Virus record (IMG/VR): IMGVR_UViG_3300044655_001017
Origin: a virus
Lineage: Duplodnaviria > Caudoviricetes
Length of the DNA: 64,000 bases
Strand: one strand, 5' to 3'
The notes under the pieces were generated by a model that was not told the DNA's origin, ran no database searches, and saw nothing but the letters and a program-made list of their open reading frames with translations. Within the stretch, counting starts at the first letter, position 1, and the number at the start of each line of letters is the position of its first letter. Below, piece by piece: positions 48,825 to 56,785 of the stretch. The position numbers and the translations under genes were made by a program.

Positions 48825-49899
48825 GTTAGGATTAACGGTGCTAACTGACACCGGCTGGAGCAAGTTTGACGGAATCTTAGTTAAAGGTGTTAAAAAGATA
48901 CTTCATGTAACTACACAACGTCATTCACTTAAAAGCACTCCTGATCATAAATATTTTCTTAATGGGTTTAAACCGATAGAAGGTAGATTATTATTGCCTA
49001 AACAAAAAATTTTAGTTAATGGCAAACTTGATAATGTCGTGTCTGTTAAGTGGCTGTTAGATGAAGAACCAGTATACGATCTGTTTAATGTTGAACAGAA
49101 TCACAGGTATTATGCAAATAACGTTCTAATCAAAAATTGCGAATTTTTAGTATACGACGAAACTCTTATTAACAGTTTAAAATTAGTAGAGTTATACGGT
49201 AAAGAACCACTAATGAAAATGGGGCAAGTGCGATGGTATAAAAAACCAACTGCAGGTAATTTATATTTAATTGCGTTAGATCCTAGTTTAGGAACAGGTG
49301 GGGACTATTCGGCAATATCAGTATTTGAATTACCATCAATGGTGCAAGTTGCAGAATGGCATCATAACATTACTCCTATACAAGGACAGGTAAAGTTATT
49401 TAGAGATATATTATTATATATACAAGATGAAATTGGATCAGATCAGTATAATTCAATATATTGGTCAGTAGAAAATAATACAGTAGGTGAGAGCGCATTA
49501 GTAGTAATTGACAATTTAGGAGAAGAAACATTTCCGGGATTATTTGTAAGTGAACCGGGCAGAAAGGGGCATGTTCGTAAGTTTCGCAAAGGATTTAACA
49601 CAACTTTTAATAATAAAATAGCTGCATGTTCAAAATTAAAATATTTTGTTGAAGAAGATAAAATGGTTATTAATAGTAAACCATTAATAACTGAATTAAA
49701 ATCTTTTATTGCACATGGCATTAGTTTTAAAGGTAAACCGGGCCAGCATGATGATTTAGTAGCAGCATTATTACTAATAGTAAGAATGATTGATATACTA
49801 GCAGAATGGGATCCGTTAGTGTTTGAAAAAATGCGGATTGAAGATCGAATTGAGGACTGGGAAGCACCTCTACCAATATTTGTTTCCTCTAATATGTGA
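48790..49899 (+). CDS. gp17: C-half of split intein (116 aa) fused to terminase large subunit nuclease domain (253 aa)
   Basis: Block B STPDH; blocks F/G VYDLFNVEQNHRYYANNVLIKN followed by CEF; RNase H-like LIALDPSLGTGGDYSA, VENN.VG, HDDLV; AGGA RBS inside the endonuclease gene. Confidence 0.93.
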   Translation: MDLHAEELIKNKLGLTVLTDTGWSKFDGILVKGVKKILHVTTQRHSLKSTPDHKYFLNGFKPIEGRLLLPKQKILVNGKLDNVVSVKWLLDEEPVYDLFNVEQNHRYYANNVLIKNCEFLVYDETLINSLKLVELYGKEPLMKMGQVRWYKKPTAGNLYLIALDPSLGTGGDYSAISVFELPSMVQVAEWHHNITPIQGQVKLFRDILLYIQDEIGSDQYNSIYWSVENNTVGESALVVIDNLGEETFPGLFVSEPGRKGHVRKFRKGFNTTFNNKIAACSKLKYFVEEDKMVINSKPLITELKSFIAHGISFKGKPGQHDDLVAALLLIVRMIDILAEWDPLVFEKMRIEDRIEDWEAPLPIFVSSNM

Positions 49900-49910
49900 T
49901 AAATATAAAC

Positions 49911-52214
49911 ATGGACAATAATTTAGATAAAATCGCTTTAGACCTTTATGGTAAAATAGAAACACGTTTCTCAGATATTAAAATGGGTGACGAAAACGCA
50001 GAAGTATTAAGTAAAAAAGTTGACATCCCAAGAGCTCGATTTTTTGAGTTTGAATATACAGAAGACGGCGAACCACTTGGAACTATTACTATTACTTTAG
50101 ATAAAGATGACGGAGTTGTGTTGCAAGTTAGTGGAGATTTAGTAGATGATGATTCAAATACTACAAACCGCAGCGCATACAAATTTATAAGATCATTTAG
50201 AAAATTTGCTAAAAATCGCTTATTAAATTTTGATGTTCAAAACATTGGAAAGAGTAATTTAGACAAACGAGACTATCAGTTTCAAGCAAAACCCAAGGAA
50301 CAAACAATGATGGAAAGTAAAATGTTTGGTACTTCTAGAATAAGTTACCAAGACTTAGGTGAGGCTCGTTTAATAGTTAAACATACTCAACCTATTAATC
50401 CGGAGTTAGCCGCAGGACGCACTATGCATATTGAGTGTATATACATTGAAAATGCAGAAGGCGAAAGATTTAAATACCCTTATAAACATTTACCCGGCGC
50501 TCGTGCATTAGCAGAACATATTAAACACGGTGGAATTCCGTACGATGACATTGGTAAACACATTACTAAACTTAGTGAAGAATTAGCAAGTTTGCGTAAA
50601 TTTAAAGGCTACGTTAGTCGTCAGTCACAGATATCAGAAGCAATGGGAGATGTTACATCTCGTGTAATTGAACGCATTGAATCAGTTAAAAAAGAAATCA
50701 TTAGCTTACAACGTCCTGCATATTATCAACAATTTGCAGAATCATTTACTGCAAAAGAAGATCGTGCAATTCCAGAAACTATAATGAATGACTGGATTGA
50801 TCGATTGACAGTGCGCACATTTAATGAAGAAATGAAAACAGTATTTCCGTTCTTGTATAATATTATAGACGAAAGCGAATTACCAGTGTGTGAATTATCG
50901 TCAGATTACTTCTTAGATGAAAAAGCACCTAAAGGTTGGGAAGGTACTGTTAAAGCAATGAAGAAACACAAGGAAATAGATAATCCTTGGGCATTAGCAC
51001 ACTCAATGAAAAACAAAGGGTATAAAAGCCATAAGACAGAAACCTTTGATCCGGAGATTGCCTTTGAATCGTTTATTAATCGCATTATGCTTGAAGATAA
51101 AGATGAATTGTTTAGTCCAAATAAAGATGCACAAAAAGTTGCTATTGACAAATTAAATAAAATTTTAGAAAAAGAATTACGTGGCGGACCAGATGGTATT
51201 AATGCTATTGATAGCTTATCTGGGTTAATTGACGATACTGAATTTTTAGATTCATTAAAAGATATTGATCCTGATTTAGATGTACGTCCGTTAATTCAAC
51301 AATACGTAACACAAGTTGATCCGAGTATTGCCATCCAATTAAAATTTGGCGACGGCGAAGTAGGCGGACAAGATTTAGCACCTGCAGCTGATGGTGCAAC
51401 TGCACCTAGCAGCGCACCTGCACCAGGCGGCGAAGCTCCTCCAGACTTAGGTGGCGGAATGGGCGGCGGAATGGGCGGCGGAATGGGCGGCGGAATGCCT
51501 CCAGACTTAGGTGGTATGCCTCCGGAAGGTGAAGTTCCTCCAGAAGGTGAAGTTCCTCCAGAAGGCGCCCCTGCTCCGGAAGGTGAAGTTCCTCCAGCGC
51601 CAGGTACAGAACCTCCTGCACCTCCAGTAGCAGAAGGTATTAATCATAAAAAATCCAAAATTAAAGCTAAGTTTATTAAAGCAAAGGCTGCTGGCGCTAC
51701 ATTAGAAACAATGTTTGCAGAAGGTATGACTATTCGCGATGCACTTAGAGAAAGTGGATTAACTCCGTGCGAAGCCGGTTTTGGCGAATGTGAAATGGAG
51801 GACGACGATGGTAGTGCACCAGACGAAGAAAATATTTCCGGTAAAGAACAGATTTTAAATTCAATTGAAGGATTTTGGAATAAAGAAGAACGTAACTTTA
51901 CTATTGGCGGACAACAGGTTAAGAATAAGATTATTAAACGATTCAAAGACGGAGAATATAGTAATGCGTCAGAAGAAGATGTTAAGGAAATTTTACAAAA
52001 AGTTGATCAGCTAGATCCAAGCGAAGATGCTAGAGAACAAAATGATGTTTTACGATTAGCAGGAGTAAGTCATCAAAATTTAGATACTGATCAAATAGAC
52101 ATGGAAGGATTTGGTGGTAGACGTTTTGATAGTATTGACAAACAAAAAATGCGTAAAACAATGAGGAATAATCATGAAACAAATTTTAAAAATCGATTCA
52201 ATAAATTCCGTTAA
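49911..52214 (+). CDS. Large hypothetical protein with Pro/Gly/Met low-complexity linker; possible internal virion protein
   Basis: Long ORF, GATAAATA 5 nt upstream; GGMG and PEGEVP repeats. Confidence 0.6.
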   Translation: MDNNLDKIALDLYGKIETRFSDIKMGDENAEVLSKKVDIPRARFFEFEYTEDGEPLGTITITLDKDDGVVLQVSGDLVDDDSNTTNRSAYKFIRSFRKFAKNRLLNFDVQNIGKSNLDKRDYQFQAKPKEQTMMESKMFGTSRISYQDLGEARLIVKHTQPINPELAAGRTMHIECIYIENAEGERFKYPYKHLPGARALAEHIKHGGIPYDDIGKHITKLSEELASLRKFKGYVSRQSQISEAMGDVTSRVIERIESVKKEIISLQRPAYYQQFAESFTAKEDRAIPETIMNDWIDRLTVRTFNEEMKTVFPFLYNIIDESELPVCELSSDYFLDEKAPKGWEGTVKAMKKHKEIDNPWALAHSMKNKGYKSHKTETFDPEIAFESFINRIMLEDKDELFSPNKDAQKVAIDKLNKILEKELRGGPDGINAIDSLSGLIDDTEFLDSLKDIDPDLDVRPLIQQYVTQVDPSIAIQLKFGDGEVGGQDLAPAADGATAPSSAPAPGGEAPPDLGGGMGGGMGGGMGGGMPPDLGGMPPEGEVPPEGEVPPEGAPAPEGEVPPAPGTEPPAPPVAEGINHKKSKIKAKFIKAKAAGATLETMFAEGMTIRDALRESGLTPCEAGFGECEMEDDDGSAPDEENISGKEQILNSIEGFWNKEERNFTIGGQQVKNKIIKRFKDGEYSNASEEDVKEILQKVDQLDPSEDAREQNDVLRLAGVSHQNLDTDQIDMEGFGGRRFDSIDKQKMRKTMRNNHETNFKNRFNKFR
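51438..51600 (+). repeat. Nested tandem repeats: GGCGGCGGAATG (GGMG) run flanked by two CCTCCAGACTTAGGTGG, then three 18-bp PEGEVP units
   Basis: Direct inspection. Confidence 0.85.
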
Positions 52215-52587
52215 ATCTTTAAGAGAGATGATGGATGGCGTTGATGCACCTCCACATCCTGCAGGTCAACCTGCTTCAGCTAACGTTAAATTTGACCCTG
52301 CTGTTCAAAAACAACAATATGAATTGAGAGCAAAAGGCTATCCAGTTAAAACTAACGGTATTTTAGATGATGAAACTACTCAAGCACTTGATTGGGAACG
52401 TCAAAGTGCTGAAAGAGATGATCGTATTACTGGATATGACGAATTGAAAGCAGACATGGATCAATCTATTGCTCTGCCAGAACCTTTTGATAATCCGCAA
52501 GGTGATTTTGATCGTATGCCAGAATTAAATGAATCAACCGAACCAACCGAACTACATAGAATATTGCAAATTGCGCAATGGAGATAA
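52174..52587 (+). CDS. Small protein with peptidoglycan-binding-like motif
   Basis: DPAVQKQQYELRAKGYPVKTNGILDDETTQAL resembles PG_binding_1 (V..LQ..L...GY....DG..G..T..A). Confidence 0.55.
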   Translation: MKQILKIDSINSVKSLREMMDGVDAPPHPAGQPASANVKFDPAVQKQQYELRAKGYPVKTNGILDDETTQALDWERQSAERDDRITGYDELKADMDQSIALPEPFDNPQGDFDRMPELNESTEPTELHRILQIAQWR

Positions 52588-52588
52588 A

Positions 52589-53734
52589 ATGAAAAAAATT
52601 ACAGAAAACGCACTGTTATACAGAGTTAACCAATTAAGAGAAAAGATGGCATTTTATGAAGCTGTAGGTGATGGTAGCCAAACTCCAGTCGGCGGGTTAC
52701 CTAGTCAAACACCTAATAGACAAACACCGGGAAATCCTGGATACAACGTTAAACCTGCACCAGCAGAAAAAGCACCTGCAGCACCGGCAGGATCAGATGC
52801 AGTTACACCGCAGTTTCAATCACAAGCACCTGTAGCACAAGGGCAAACTACGCCGTCTAACTTATCTACCCAAGTAGCAGCTGCAGTACCTAATACATCA
52901 CCGGCGCATCAGCAAGTGCAACAGCAACAACAACAAGCTGATCAAACTGCAAGAGATTCTAAACAACCTGAAGGACATTTTTACGACCCTGCAGTAAACT
53001 TTGCAAAACGTGTAGGTGACAATCTTAGTTATGCTGTAGATCACGCAAGTGAACTTGGCCAAGGCGTAGGTCAAACTGCAGCAAACATGGCAAAAACTGT
53101 CGGTAATGCAGCCGGAGTTGCAGGCAATTTTATCGGCGGAGCAGTTAAAGGTGCTATGGGCGGCGGTGATACACAAGGTCAACAAAAAGTCGGAGCTAAC
53201 CAAGGTACACAAACTGGCGGAAAATGGCCAACTACTGATCCAGAAATTAGAGCATTCCAGAAAGCAAATGGGTTAAAAGCTGATGGTATGATCGGTGCTA
53301 ACACTATGGCTGCATTACAAAAGCAAGGTGTTCAACCACCTGCAGGATTTAAACCAGTTGCTAATAGACAACATACTGCACAACAAGGAACAGCAGCTAA
53401 ACCAGTAGCAGGTGCAGCACCAGTTGCTGGACAAGTAATGCCAAATGGGTCTGTTTCATCTGGTGACGCTGATCGTGATGAAAGACTCGCACAAGCTAAC
53501 CAAGTTATGAATATGACCTCTGATCAACGCCATGCCTTTGATATGGCTGCTGGACAAAAAGATTATGCAGCAACACATCCGGCCGCATCTGCAGCAAACA
53601 AAGCGCCAGTTGGTGGTCAAATGCAAAGCACAGGTGATCCAGTAAAAGATAGCGAATTATCAAAACAAGGTAATACTATTGTTTATAAAGAAGATCAAGA
53701 TTTAGCTAGAATTGTTCAATTAGTTAACTGGTAA
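52589..53734 (+). CDS. Gln/Ala/Pro-rich protein with PG_binding_1 domain
   Basis: DPEIRAFQKANGLKADGMIGANTMAAL; GGAG RBS before ATG 52589. Confidence 0.65.
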   Translation: MKKITENALLYRVNQLREKMAFYEAVGDGSQTPVGGLPSQTPNRQTPGNPGYNVKPAPAEKAPAAPAGSDAVTPQFQSQAPVAQGQTTPSNLSTQVAAAVPNTSPAHQQVQQQQQQADQTARDSKQPEGHFYDPAVNFAKRVGDNLSYAVDHASELGQGVGQTAANMAKTVGNAAGVAGNFIGGAVKGAMGGGDTQGQQKVGANQGTQTGGKWPTTDPEIRAFQKANGLKADGMIGANTMAALQKQGVQPPAGFKPVANRQHTAQQGTAAKPVAGAAPVAGQVMPNGSVSSGDADRDERLAQANQVMNMTSDQRHAFDMAAGQKDYAATHPAASAANKAPVGGQMQSTGDPVKDSELSKQGNTIVYKEDQDLARIVQLVNW

Positions 53735-53762
53735 AATAATTTGAAAAAGTGAAAGATTTCAC

Positions 53763-53791
53763 TTGCTCATATAAATAATAGAGTATATAAT
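53763..53791 (+). promoter_or_regulatory. Composite promoter: sigma70-type TTGCTC-N17-TATAAT with an embedded late promoter TATAAATA (53770..53777)
   Basis: Direct inspection upstream of the SSB gene. Confidence 0.65.
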
Positions 53792-53912
53792 AAGCACATA
53801 CTTTAATAGTAATGCATTATATATTAACGTATAAAACATTAAAAAACACAATAGGCTTATAACACACAGATTTATTTCTGTGTGTTAACTCAAAACACAA
53901 TAGGAAATTACA

Positions 53913-54911
53913 ATGGCAACACTAGCAGAAATCAGAGCAAAATTAAAAGCGGCAGAAACACGTAGCACAGATAGCAACACAGGTGGTGATAAATCAATTT
54001 ATCCTTTCTGGACTATTAAAAATGGCGGTGAAGCAGTTTTTAGATTCTTACCAGACGGCAACCCAAACAATACTTTTTTCTGGGCTGAACGTTCTGTAAT
54101 CAAATTACCTTTTGCAGGTATCAAAGGTCGCACAGATAGCAAACCAGTAGTAGTAAATGTTCCATGCGTTGAAATGTACAACGACGGTGCAGTATGTCCA
54201 ATTCTTTCAGAAGTGCGTCCTTGGTTTAAAGATCCTTCATTAGAAGAAATGGGCCGTAAATACTGGAAAAAGAAGTCATATATCTTCCACGGCTTTGTTC
54301 CTGAAGATGGCTTAGACGAAAAAGAAAAACCAGAAAATCCAATTCGCAGATTTGTTATTGGACCACAAATTTATAAATTAATCCATGCAGCATTGCTTGA
54401 TGATGAATTTACAGAATTACCTACAGACTATGTAAACGGTTTTGATTTCCGTTTAAAAGTTGGTTCTAAAGGTGGTTATGCAGATTACTCTACTTCTACT
54501 TGGAGCAGACGTACACGTCCGCTTGGTGAAGAAGAACGTGCAGCAATTGATAAATTCGGGTTACCTGACTTATCAGAATACTTACCTAAAAAACCAAACG
54601 AAGTTGAACTTAAAGTTATGATGGAAATGTTTGAAGCATCAGTAAATGGTGAAGCATATGACGTTGAACGTTGGGGCAAATACTTTAGACCATATGGTAT
54701 TTCAGCAGACGAATCTACATCATCTGCAACTGCTACAGTAGCTCCGGTTATTGCACCAGTAGCACCTGTAGTACATACACCCGAAGAAGCTATGCCTTGG
54801 GATGAACCTGCTACTACCTATACTCCACAGCCTGCAGTAGCTGAATCAGCACCTGCAAGTGATTCAAGAGCAGCTGATATCTTAGCAAAAATTAGAAATC
54901 GCGGCGCTTAA
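53913..54911 (+). CDS. gp32: Single-stranded DNA-binding protein (T4 gp32-like)
   Basis: A.FRFLPDG, CP......PW, GRKYWKKKSY, G.DFRLK, YADYSTS.W; at the head of the uvsX/uvsY/uvsW cluster. Confidence 0.85.
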   Translation: MATLAEIRAKLKAAETRSTDSNTGGDKSIYPFWTIKNGGEAVFRFLPDGNPNNTFFWAERSVIKLPFAGIKGRTDSKPVVVNVPCVEMYNDGAVCPILSEVRPWFKDPSLEEMGRKYWKKKSYIFHGFVPEDGLDEKEKPENPIRRFVIGPQIYKLIHAALLDDEFTELPTDYVNGFDFRLKVGSKGGYADYSTSTWSRRTRPLGEEERAAIDKFGLPDLSEYLPKKPNEVELKVMMEMFEASVNGEAYDVERWGKYFRPYGISADESTSSATATVAPVIAPVAPVVHTPEEAMPWDEPATTYTPQPAVAESAPASDSRAADILAKIRNRGA

Positions 54912-54923
54912 CACAACAGTGAT

Positions 54924-54951
54924 TAACGTAGCAAGGGGTCTTGCTACGTTA
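54924..54951. other. Perfect 12-bp stem-loop between ssb and uvsX, no U-tract
   Basis: TAACGTAGCAAG-GGGT-CTTGCTACGTTA. Confidence 0.8.
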
Positions 54952-54970
54952 CATTATTAGGAGTATAACC

Positions 54971-56059
54971 ATGGCAACAAAACCCTTTGATTTAACAAAA
55001 TTTCGAAAAACTCTAACAAAAAGTATTGACGGCCTAGGCGTAGGCTTTAATGATCCTACTGATTGGGTCGGTACAGGTAATTATGCACTTAATTACCTTA
55101 TTAGTTCAGACTTCCACAAAGGCATTCCACTAGGTAAAGTAACTGTGTTTGCAGGCGAGTCAGGTGCAGGCAAAAGTTATATTTGTTCAGGTAACATTGT
55201 TAAAAATGCACAAGAACAAGGAATATACGTAGTACTAATTGATTCAGAAAACGCACTTGACGAATCATGGCTACACGCATTAGGTGTAGATACTACTGAA
55301 GAAAAACTTCTTAAACTTAATATGGCTATGATTGATGATGTAGCTAAAACTATTAGTGAGTTTATGAAAGAATATAAAGCAATGGAAGACAAACCAAAAG
55401 TATTGTTTGTAGTAGATTCGTTAGGTATGTTACTAACTCCAACTGATATTAATCAATTTGAAGCGGGCGATTTAAAAGGTGACATGGGTCGTAAACCTAA
55501 AGCACTTACTGCACTTGTTCGTAATTGTGTTAATATGTTTGGTAGTCACAACGTTGGATTAGTGTGTACTAACCACACGTATGCAAGTCAAGATATGTTT
55601 GATCCGGATGATAAAATATCAGGTGGTCAAGGATTTGTTTATGCATCAAGCATTGTAGTAGCAATGAAAAAACTTAAACTAAAAGAAGACGAAGACGGTA
55701 ACAAAGTTAGTGAAGTTAACGGCATTCGCGCCTCTTGTAAGATTATGAAAACACGTTATGCTAAACCATTTGAGACTTTGCAAATTAAAATCCCATATAC
55801 AACCGGTATGAATCCTTTTAGTGGTTTAGTTGACTTATTTGAAAAAAAGAACATTTTGAAAAAAGATGGTAATAGACTTAAATACGTGGCTACCGACGGT
55901 ACTGAAATTAAACAATATCGTAAGGAGTGGGAAAGTAATGCTAACGGTGCTCTTGAAAGAGCAATGGCTGAATTTACCGACGAACCTGTGTTATTAGATG
56001 TACTTGATGATGCAGATGATATCAACGACTACGTTACGGAGGACGAAAATGTTGAATGA
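54971..56059 (+). CDS. uvsX: RecA-like recombinase UvsX
   Basis: TGNYALNYLIS, Walker A AGESGAGKS, IDSENALD, VVDSLGML, NHTY, SGGQGFVYASSIVV. Confidence 0.95.
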   Translation: MATKPFDLTKFRKTLTKSIDGLGVGFNDPTDWVGTGNYALNYLISSDFHKGIPLGKVTVFAGESGAGKSYICSGNIVKNAQEQGIYVVLIDSENALDESWLHALGVDTTEEKLLKLNMAMIDDVAKTISEFMKEYKAMEDKPKVLFVVDSLGMLLTPTDINQFEAGDLKGDMGRKPKALTALVRNCVNMFGSHNVGLVCTNHTYASQDMFDPDDKISGGQGFVYASSIVVAMKKLKLKEDEDGNKVSEVNGIRASCKIMKTRYAKPFETLQIKIPYTTGMNPFSGLVDLFEKKNILKKDGNRLKYVATDGTEIKQYRKEWESNANGALERAMAEFTDEPVLLDVLDDADDINDYVTEDENVE

Positions 56060-56282
56060 AACACAAATTGCTGATGTATGGTTAATGTTTGCAGATTATA
56101 TTGATAAGAAACAAGCAGAGATTGCTGCTGAAAGATTTATTGAATTACTTGCAGATTTTGGAGCTACAGATCGTACATTTTTAGGTGCAACTGGAATTGA
56201 CCCAACGTTAGATCAAGCAATTAATTATTATTTAGAAGATAATGAAGACGAAGACGACGGCTATAACGACTTGGAGTTCTAA
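56049..56282 (+). CDS. Small acidic hypothetical protein (77 aa)
   Basis: GAGGA RBS; overlaps the uvsX stop and is coupled to uvsY. Confidence 0.6.
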   Translation: MLNETQIADVWLMFADYIDKKQAEIAAERFIELLADFGATDRTFLGATGIDPTLDQAINYYLEDNEDEDDGYNDLEF

Positions 56283-56737
56283 TGAGTTGGTATTCTACAA
56301 TTACTAGGGATATTACACGATTACCAGATGGTATTTTGCACTTTGAATCAGAATTGACAGATGCCAAAAAAGAATGTAAAATAGCAGGAAACGTAGAAAA
56401 GGCATCTGCAGCAATGCCAGGCATTGTAGAACACAGATATGGACAGCTTCAAGAAATTGAAGCTATCCTAGAGTTCCTTAACATTGAACTTAAACGATTA
56501 AAGAGTTATCACTTTAGAAAGTATTTAGAAACATACGCAAGGGCATTAAGCAGTCGTGATTGTGAAAAATATGTAGAAGGCGAAGATGAAGTAATTGAGT
56601 ATGAAAAAATTATAAATGAATTTGCGTTAATAAGAAATCAATGGTTGGGTATTACAAAAGCCTTAGATCAAAAATCGTATGCATTAAGTAATATTATACG
56701 ATTAAGATGTGCAGGCATGGAAGACGCAACCCTTTAA
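56282..56737 (+). CDS. uvsY: Recombination mediator UvsY-like
   Basis: Helical ~150 aa protein between uvsX and uvsW; FRKYLE.Y.RALS.RD.EKY..G, W..I.K.L..K pattern. Confidence 0.75.
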   Translation: MSWYSTITRDITRLPDGILHFESELTDAKKECKIAGNVEKASAAMPGIVEHRYGQLQEIEAILEFLNIELKRLKSYHFRKYLETYARALSSRDCEKYVEGEDEVIEYEKIINEFALIRNQWLGITKALDQKSYALSNIIRLRCAGMEDATL

Positions 56738-56744
56738 ATTAATA

Positions 56745-56765
56745 TGACGGGCTTAGTGCCCGTCA
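56745..56765. other. GC-rich hairpin TGACGGGC-TTAGT-GCCCGTCA (attenuator or processing site)
   Basis: 8-bp perfect stem, intergenic, weak U-tract. Confidence 0.6.
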
Positions 56766-56785
56766 CTACTTTAGGTGTATAACAC

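Noticed and set aside
47923-49137. Group I intron or sequencing frameshift explaining the terL break
   Set aside because: Both fragments carry complementary intein blocks (Cys1/block A; TxxH, block F, Asn then Cys), and the downstream half has its own RBS and ATG.
49911-52214. Tape-measure or portal protein
   Set aside because: No helical repeat/transmembrane pattern of tape measures and no gp20 motifs. Portal and major capsid genes are not in this window.
54971-56059. Host bacterial recA, implying chromosome or prophage
   Set aside because: The sequence and context (gp32, uvsY, uvsW) are phage UvsX-type. No host housekeeping genes, integrase or att site were seen.
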